Below, piece after piece: positions 57,338 through 64,000 of a DNA stretch of 64,000 nucleotides. Position numbers and translations under genes: made by a program. Below the pieces are notes generated by a model. It did not search any database. It saw only the letters and a program-made list of their open reading frames with translations, and was not told where the DNA came from. The stretch is from Tetramitus jugosus (Eukaryota; Protista; Heterolobosea). Numbering within the stretch: the stretch's first letter is position 1; each line of letters starts with the position of its first letter. Location: assembly GCA_937625935.1 (NCBI GenBank), contig OW569356.1, forward strand, positions 1-64,000, written 5' to 3'.

Positions 57338-58804
57338 TTATTTGCTATTAAATTCTTGCATCTCCAAGTCTGTGAGTTCCTTGTACAGTTCTTTGAGACG
57401 CTTGCGTCGATCGGGTGATCGAGTCATATTGTGCATGCCGCTGAGCCGCCGATCAACGTTGCTGGAATCTGGTTTGTTTCGAGGAGTCGAGTGAAGCGAT
57501 GGTTCTGTCACATAAGGGTCATGATCCACATCGTCGGATAAGTGGTATGTAGTTGAACGTTTTGGTTGGGATAGTTTCTTCTCATCTCTGTTCGCAGTAG
57601 TGCTATGTTTCTGAATGTTAGTTAGTTTGCTTACGACTGAATGGATATAGTCCTGATTCTCCTTTTGTTGTTGCTTGACTAATGATAGTAATTCATCTTT
57701 CATGCCACGTACTCTCTTTGACATGATTTGATCAATCTTCGAATCGATGTTCTCGTTAATTTCCTGCACATCTTGACTTGGTGTATAGTTTTGTACAATG
57801 TCAGAACGAATGTCCTTCAAAGAAGACAATTCACTCTCTATCATCGCGTTGATATCATACACTTGTTGTTGCACCTCTCGTTCAATAGATCTAATCATCT
57901 GTATTGTTTCATCTGCGTCCGATTTCATTCGCTTCTCAATTGAAGTTAGCCTGTATAAGATTTGTGCGTCATGCGATTCAATGTTCGACTCTTGATCATC
58001 TTTCACACTCTGTATCGATGTATTCAGTGATTGAAGCTTCTTGTTTAACTTTAGGATTCGGTCATTTAGATTCTTTTGTTCCTTGGAAACATCTGTCACT
58101 TTCTCTACATTTACGTGCATCTTGCTCACTTCCTTCTTCAATTTCTTCACATCTTCATCAACATCGGCATGTCGATGAGTCATTGTTCGTTTCACTTCTT
58201 CCAAGCTTTCCGATATAGATTGTACTTGCTGGAACAATTTATCGAATCCATCAATCAATTGCATCTTATCCTCTGAGAATCCTCCGTCATCAGTGTCAGG
58301 ATAGTGATGAAAGTGGTGATGAAGTTTCTTCTTTTTCGTTGTCGAGTTTTGTTCATCATAGAGCAATGTACTCTCTTCATGCAGCTCACTTATTCTCTGA
58401 TGACTGGCTAGTTTTAAATGGGAAAACACCTTCTTTTGCAGCTTTCTTAAATCCTTTTCCATTTGGTTACTAATTTCACGTAGCTTCTCCTCAACAGTAT
58501 CGATCCTCGAGTTGCAAGTTTCTAACTCACTGGTATGTCTTTGATCTCGAACTCTGTTGATCCATCTCGCCAAATATTTTTCATTATCTTTGTCTTGTAG
58601 CAACGACTTCAATGTTATCTGAGCTTGAGAGCTTGTTTGTTCTCTCTGTCGATCCTGAAGATGAGTCAATGAGTCCTCCATCATCTTCACTCGCAATTGT
58701 AGAGACTCAAACTTGGGTCCAAAGTTCTCGACGGTCAGAGTAGCAGCTGAAACCTTCTCCATTTGCATTTCTAGGAAGTTAATGTAACTTTCTCTGTCAA
58801 TCAT
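57338..58804 (-). CDS. Coiled-coil protein of unknown function
   Basis: 488-aa intact ORF, heptad-rich. Confidence 0.75.
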   Translation of the reverse strand: MIDRESYINFLEMQMEKVSAATLTVENFGPKFESLQLRVKMMEDSLTHLQDRQREQTSSQAQITLKSLLQDKDNEKYLARWINRVRDQRHTSELETCNSRIDTVEEKLREISNQMEKDLRKLQKKVFSHLKLASHQRISELHEESTLLYDEQNSTTKKKKLHHHFHHYPDTDDGGFSEDKMQLIDGFDKLFQQVQSISESLEEVKRTMTHRHADVDEDVKKLKKEVSKMHVNVEKVTDVSKEQKNLNDRILKLNKKLQSLNTSIQSVKDDQESNIESHDAQILYRLTSIEKRMKSDADETIQMIRSIEREVQQQVYDINAMIESELSSLKDIRSDIVQNYTPSQDVQEINENIDSKIDQIMSKRVRGMKDELLSLVKQQQKENQDYIHSVVSKLTNIQKHSTTANRDEKKLSQPKRSTTYHLSDDVDHDPYVTEPSLHSTPRNKPDSSNVDRRLSGMHNMTRSPDRRKRLKELYKELTDLEMQEFNSK

Positions 58805-59256
58805 GAATGACTTTTGGTTGTTCTTGCTTGCTTTCTTATAATATTACACAAGGCCATGTAAATGATTGTTGTTCAGAAATCAGTTGTACAACACATAACA
58901 CTTACCTGATTCATCTTCTTTGCATGCCATTCACTGTAGGAATTCGAAGTACTTGGGTTGTACATATGAACCAGACTTCTATTGATGTAAATCGGGTAAC
59001 GGCAGACGACGCGGGAAATTTCAACTACGGAGAAACTCCATGATATCAGAAAACTGTTCATCGGGAACACTAATCAACCAACCCATACTTTCTCGTGCAG
59101 ATGTGGAAATCAAGTAAACCATCCGGAGCAACTACATGTTGCTTCACCTGATGAAAAATTTGATTCAAAGGCGTCAGAAACGATTGAGGCGCCTGATAAC
59201 TTTTCTCCGCTGAAAAAACGGGAAACAGATCTGTGTGAAAACTGTGGTGAAAAGTC

Positions 59257-60108
59257 ATGCACTTGTTTGCCAAGGATCATCATCAATTGTTTGTCAATGA
59301 TCTCTTGTTCACAGTGTTCCAGTTCGTGAGTGTAGATGATCTGGTAAATATGGAACTCGTGTGCAAACAATGGCTTCAAGTAACTCAACAAAATAACCAA
59401 CAATGTTGGAAATTCAAGTACCGTTACTTGTACGGTTCTGATGAAAGTTCAGATCCAGATGAATGGTTCTCATCAAACAATGATCAGATTGATGCTCAAA
59501 CATTTTGTCTGGTGCATTCTGGTGATTCTGAGAGTGAAAGTGATAGTGAAGATGAAATGTCGTCTTCGATTGATAGTGACCTTTCAACTGTAGATGAAAA
59601 TGATGAGAACGAAAAAAGATTGGATGTTGTTGTGGTGAGTGTGTCAGAGTACGGATTACAATGGAAGGAAATGTGCATGTTGAGACAACATTATGAACGA
59701 ACATTGCCCGATCAATCGTCTCATCAAAGTGTTGCCCTTGAAAGAATGTATGACAGCTTCTTCAGTCTGGAAGAAGTACTAACTGTGACCAACAACATGA
59801 GCAATGTGTATTGGCACACAATTCCAAACAGAGACAACAATGATGAATCTGCGACGAGAGAAGTTTTGTCAATATTTATTGAAGACAAGAATTATGTTGT
59901 TCAGCTGTTAGTGTTGCACGACGAGGAAGACTCAACAGTGTTTGTGAGGAGTGTGGGAGAGCAAGAGTATCGGATCTGCTTGGGTAGAGGTGAAGGACTC
60001 TGTCAACTCCAACAACTCTCGATGCTACTATCGACTCAACATCCACTCCATTTCATTGCTTCCCTAACGGGATGTCTTGACCGAATCCTTCTTTTGGAAG
60101 GAGAATGA
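59257..60108 (+). CDS. F-box protein with an acidic central tract
   Basis: N-terminal LFVNDLLFTVFQFVSVDDLVNMELVCKQWLQV is F-box-like. Confidence 0.75.
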   Translation: MHLFAKDHHQLFVNDLLFTVFQFVSVDDLVNMELVCKQWLQVTQQNNQQCWKFKYRYLYGSDESSDPDEWFSSNNDQIDAQTFCLVHSGDSESESDSEDEMSSSIDSDLSTVDENDENEKRLDVVVVSVSEYGLQWKEMCMLRQHYERTLPDQSSHQSVALERMYDSFFSLEEVLTVTNNMSNVYWHTIPNRDNNDESATREVLSIFIEDKNYVVQLLVLHDEEDSTVFVRSVGEQEYRICLGRGEGLCQLQQLSMLLSTQHPLHFIASLTGCLDRILLLEGE

Positions 60109-60612
60109 CAAAACCAGTGAACCACGAATTTGATCATGTCAAGAAATGCACAAAGACAAAAGGTACTTGTTTCAGGATCACTCACCCATTTTGGAAAAAA
60201 TTCCAATGTGGGATCAAAAGTTACCCTACGTGTATTTCAGAGGTTGAATTGCTTTGTTGTCTCTCTTGGACAACGAGACTTGAACGTATTGAAAGCCAAA
60301 TGCGACAATTCTCAGCATCGAAGACACAATCATCAATAAGGAACTTACTTTGCTTATGATGGCGTATCAATTTCTGACAGGTATTATCCATGGGTTCGTT
60401 TCAAGATATCTCACGTCTTCCCCAAACTGCAAAAGCAGGCATCCAACAAGAACGGTAGATTAATGAGACAATGGGGATGTGATCTTCCAATATTTGTTAC
60501 TTATTCTGAAGCGGTTCACTCCACGTGGCAATGGTTGTGAGGAGTGGGAGAGCAAGAGTCATGAACCAGAAGAATAGCCAGAAAATTTATTCGCATTCTC
60601 TGGACTGCAAAT

Positions 60613-63600
60613 TCAACTGTCCTTCAGCAGTAACTTTAATATCAAGTCAACTGTTTGTTTGATTTCTTGAACATTTTGTCTCGCCTCTTGCTTGATCTCT
60701 TGCACATTCTGTTTAATCTCTTGGACATTTTGTTCCAGTGTTGCCAGTCGGATCTCGAAACTTGATGTTTCCTTCATCGTTGAACCAACACATTCATCGT
60801 CTATATTTTCTATTATCTGAGGAAACAACCTCAAGATATGTTCAGACAAATCAACAATGTGTTTCAGTTCAACATACTCCAAGAACTCAAAGTCAGACAA
60901 TGGTGAGAATTGAACTTGATTCTTTTTGGCATAACGGATCATCGTGTCACTAAAATTAATGCTAGTGCTCTTTGAATCCGTTAAATAAATCATTAGACGT
61001 GATAAGGAATTGATAATTTGAACTTGAGAACTCACTAGAGTCATATGTCCAGCAAGTTTGCTCTTTGTCGAATCGCTCATTATTTCTAACCTATGACCGT
61101 ACTCGCGTCTGATTTGCTTGATGGCAGTGTCAAACTTTGGCAGTGCATCCATCAAGTCTATCTTGTCAAACCAACTCTGAGCTTGCTCTTCGAAGAGAGT
61201 GGAAAGTTCAATAGTATCACAGAACTCTCGAACAAGAGATCTATTTTGTCTCAGCTGCACAAGCTCCTCACCTACTATTTTATCACTATTGATTTCACCA
61301 ATAAGATCCACAAATAATTGCCTCACATATTGTTCAAAGTTACTGCTGTAATGGCAAGCGATTGGAGATAGTTGGTTGTTCTTTGTCACATTCCACAAAG
61401 AAATGAACTTCGTAAGTCCTTCTCCAGTGCGGAAGGAGAAATATGGTTTGTATCTAATGCTGCGAATGTGAGGAGAGATTATCATGAGTGCTTTGTGGAT
61501 CACTATGGCATGAATAGGGTTCGAAGTATCCATATCACGAATAATCTGTGTTATTTTGTTAACCTTGTCTTCTGGTGTCTCTTGTGTCATCTGTGTTCCA
61601 AAAAACACACTCAAGAAGCTATTGGTCAATAGATGAAATAGCTTCCCAAACTCTTTCTCTTCAATCTCGATGGTGCAGACTTTGCCGAAGATTTGATTAA
61701 ATTCATCTTGATATTGTTGATAGATGTTAATCAAGTCTGCCTCAATATCGAGAGTATTCTCCAACGACTCAAACAGGTGAGAGAATTTTGGACAGTGCAA
61801 TGAAATGAACAAAAATGAATCTGAGTAAGTGATGCTCTTCGAAATCAGAAGACCTAAAATCAATTTCATTCTGTCAGATGAACTTATTAAATCAGCAACA
61901 GACAAACAACTGTCAACTATGATCTTCAATTCATCTGGGGCCAAACTGTTGTGTTTCATGAATTCTTGAACCAATGTTTCATTGTTAACTGATGGCAATA
62001 ATCGACACCCAACAACAAATTGATCTACTGACATCCTTTCTATGTTTCGTTGGATAACCGAAGCGTAGCAGTCTTTGATAGCGTTTCTTTGTGAAGATTC
62101 CATTAGTGCTAAACTTGCTAACAATCTCTCCACGAATACCTTATTTCCATAATTATTTTCAAATATCTTTACGGCCCACTTTTTTGCACTACTCTTATTC
62201 TCCTTGCAGAGAGCTGAGAGGAGCAATGCTAGATGAGAGATTGCGAAAACTCCTTTTGTTGAATGATCGATCACAAGTTTCTCAACTAAAAGTTTGGGAT
62301 CCAAATCCCTATTGTTTTTACATATAATCGACAATTCATTTTCTAAAGTTCGTTTCGCTTGTCTAATGTGTCTGATGACTATTTCGATGTTGACATCCTC
62401 TAAACCAATGATTATCATTTGATCATTATCAAAGAGCGCAGAGATAAACAAAGCGGTTTCTCTGATGCAATTATTGAGTGTTCTTAGACTTGTTTCTCGG
62501 TTAGACAACTTGGTTCTCAGAACTGCTTGGAACAATAAACTCTCTCTCTCAATGAAGTACAGTAAATCATCTTTTGTTTCAGAAATAGCTGCTAGTCTCC
62601 GCTCTGTCTCTTGTATCATTTCTCTTAAGTCACCCAAGCTTGTTTTTGTGTTTTCGATTGGTTTCAAGGGTGAATCAGAAATCTCCCTTAGTGTCCCAAA
62701 CTGATGCTCCCTCAACCAATTGAGTAGGGTGCTTAATCCTTTATGAGTTCGCTCTGCCTCTTGTAGTTCATTGTGTAGATTTTTAACTTGAACATCGAAG
62801 TGTGAATTAAGGTCAATCGCATTGCAGAGCTCTACTACCTTTGGTAAATTTTTTCTCAACTGTAATAGCTCATCAATTAGTAGTAACTCACCATCCATTG
62901 TTACATCTTCAATAAGTTCTGCATAGATACTCCTTATGTACTGCTCGAACGCATTGTTGTACTGTTGGGCTATCAGTGATTTGTCGTTGCTCTTAGTGTT
63001 CTTCCATGTCGAAATGAATGGGGCAATCCCTTTGTGAGTTCGTATATACACGTACGGTTCAGATCTTAAGTTCCTAATGTGCTTGGAACAGGCCATCAGC
63101 GCAGAATTGAACACGATGAGATGAACTGAACTTCTGCTCTGAACCTTTTCGAGAATACCCATGATATTCAGGAGATTATGCAGAGAGGATCCTCCAGTCA
63201 TTTGTGTTTCAAAATAAACACCCAAGAAATTATTGATCAATAGATAAAACAATCTCCCAAACTCTTTCTCTTCTCGCTTGATACTACAAATTTTGGTAAA
63301 CATTTGATTGAACCCATTTCGATGTTGCTTAAAGAATTCCCTCAAATGGTTGTTAATCTCTAATAGAATATTCTCGAATGGTTCAAACATCTTGGAATAT
63401 TCTGTGCAATGCAATGGAATGAACAAAAATGAGTCCGCGTAGTCTTTGCTTTTTGAGATCAGAGTTGTCAAAATGGATTTCATTCTGTCAAGTGAACCTA
63501 TTGAATCATTCACACACAAGAAGCCTTCAATGACACTCTTCAATTCATTTGATGTCAAATTGTTGTGTTGAATGAACTCTTGAACCAACAATACATTTCC

Positions 63601-64000
63601 TTCAGGCATTAATGGATATACAACCATAAACTGATCGACTCTCATCTTTCGAATGTTTTCCTTTAATGCAGAAACATAGCAATTGAGTATCGTTTTGCAC
63701 AACAAACTCTCAAACCCAGAAAACGTTGAGAAAACGCTCTCAACCAATGACTTCTTTGCATAATGCTGTTCGAACAACTTTTTTGATAGCTTCGCTATCA
63801 GGCTATATTTTCGACCACAAAGAGAAAGAGGAGCAATGCTTGATGAAAAGTTATCTTCTGTCAAGTGCTCAGCTGCAAGTCTCTCTGCGACATTCTCAAG
63901 ATTAACTTCAGATAAAATCTCTCTGAAAGCTAACAACTGATAAAATAAATCAGGAACTTGATCAGGAAGGACTTGCAGTTTAGGGAACATATTTGAAGCA
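60613..64000 (-). CDS. Truncated inverted paralog of the RNF213-like gene (5' end beyond the window)
   Basis: ~62330-64000 closely matches ~25040-26720; followed by a diverged second copy of the same module and a tail (EFLEYVELKHIVDLSEHIL) matching the RNF213-like C-terminal region; no AAA motifs. Confidence 0.88.
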   Translation of the reverse strand, partial: ASNMFPKLQVLPDQVPDLFYQLLAFREILSEVNLENVAERLAAEHLTEDNFSSSIAPLSLCGRKYSLIAKLSKKLFEQHYAKKSLVESVFSTFSGFESLLCKTILNCYVSALKENIRKMRVDQFMVVYPLMPEGNVLLVQEFIQHNNLTSNELKSVIEGFLCVNDSIGSLDRMKSILTTLISKSKDYADSFLFIPLHCTEYSKMFEPFENILLEINNHLREFFKQHRNGFNQMFTKICSIKREEKEFGRLFYLLINNFLGVYFETQMTGGSSLHNLLNIMGILEKVQSRSSVHLIVFNSALMACSKHIRNLRSEPYVYIRTHKGIAPFISTWKNTKSNDKSLIAQQYNNAFEQYIRSIYAELIEDVTMDGELLLIDELLQLRKNLPKVVELCNAIDLNSHFDVQVKNLHNELQEAERTHKGLSTLLNWLREHQFGTLREISDSPLKPIENTKTSLGDLREMIQETERRLAAISETKDDLLYFIERESLLFQAVLRTKLSNRETSLRTLNNCIRETALFISALFDNDQMIIIGLEDVNIEIVIRHIRQAKRTLENELSIICKNNRDLDPKLLVEKLVIDHSTKGVFAISHLALLLSALCKENKSSAKKWAVKIFENNYGNKVFVERLLASLALMESSQRNAIKDCYASVIQRNIERMSVDQFVVGCRLLPSVNNETLVQEFMKHNSLAPDELKIIVDSCLSVADLISSSDRMKLILGLLISKSITYSDSFLFISLHCPKFSHLFESLENTLDIEADLINIYQQYQDEFNQIFGKVCTIEIEEKEFGKLFHLLTNSFLSVFFGTQMTQETPEDKVNKITQIIRDMDTSNPIHAIVIHKALMIISPHIRSIRYKPYFSFRTGEGLTKFISLWNVTKNNQLSPIACHYSSNFEQYVRQLFVDLIGEINSDKIVGEELVQLRQNRSLVREFCDTIELSTLFEEQAQSWFDKIDLMDALPKFDTAIKQIRREYGHRLEIMSDSTKSKLAGHMTLVSSQVQIINSLSRLMIYLTDSKSTSINFSDTMIRYAKKNQVQFSPLSDFEFLEYVELKHIVDLSEHILRLFPQIIENIDDECVGSTMKETSSFEIRLATLEQNVQEIKQNVQEIKQEARQNVQEIKQTVDLILKLLLKDS

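Noticed and set aside
60535-60559. 25-bp near-copy of 59942-59968 from the F-box gene
   Set aside because: Probably a trace of a decayed local duplication; no ORF or element can be supported.

Overview
This is the left end of a eukaryotic chromosome from a gene-dense, intron-poor protist with the standard genetic code and short GT-AG introns. An RGS-fusion gene and the general style suggest a heterolobosean/discoban-type amoeba, but the organism cannot be fixed from sequence alone. Bases 1-778 are a homogeneous (CCCAAA)n telomere. Directly inside, up to an internal telomeric remnant at 4041-4058, lies a ~3.3 kb module that the ORF track largely misses. It holds an intact Cre-like tyrosine recombinase ORF (2251->781, minus strand) that has no stop codon and reads into the telomere, an orphan upstream ORF, a ~215-nt highly base-paired element, and an array of ~9 copies of a 16-bp palindrome. 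A subtelomeric zone follows (TPR array, bacterial-type AAA/PD-(D/E)XK gene with a mitochondrial-like leader, pseudogenes). Next is a candidate biosynthetic gene cluster: an Ebony-like NRPS (A-T-AANAT/GNAT) split by a 1.2 kb CAC...GTG TIR element, a divergent cytochrome b5-YqcI/YcgG (GntA/DcsA-type guanidine N-hydroxylase) fusion, a MATE exporter and a C2H2 factor. The rest carries a ~4,660-aa RNF213-like AAA+ protein with an inverted truncated paralog at the right edge, a Cu P1B-ATPase, RGS-START, coiled-coil proteins (including CCDC57), tRNA-Ile(AAT), a methyltransferase, PPIL2, GID8 and an F-box gene. All assignments come from manual motif recognition; no searches were run.
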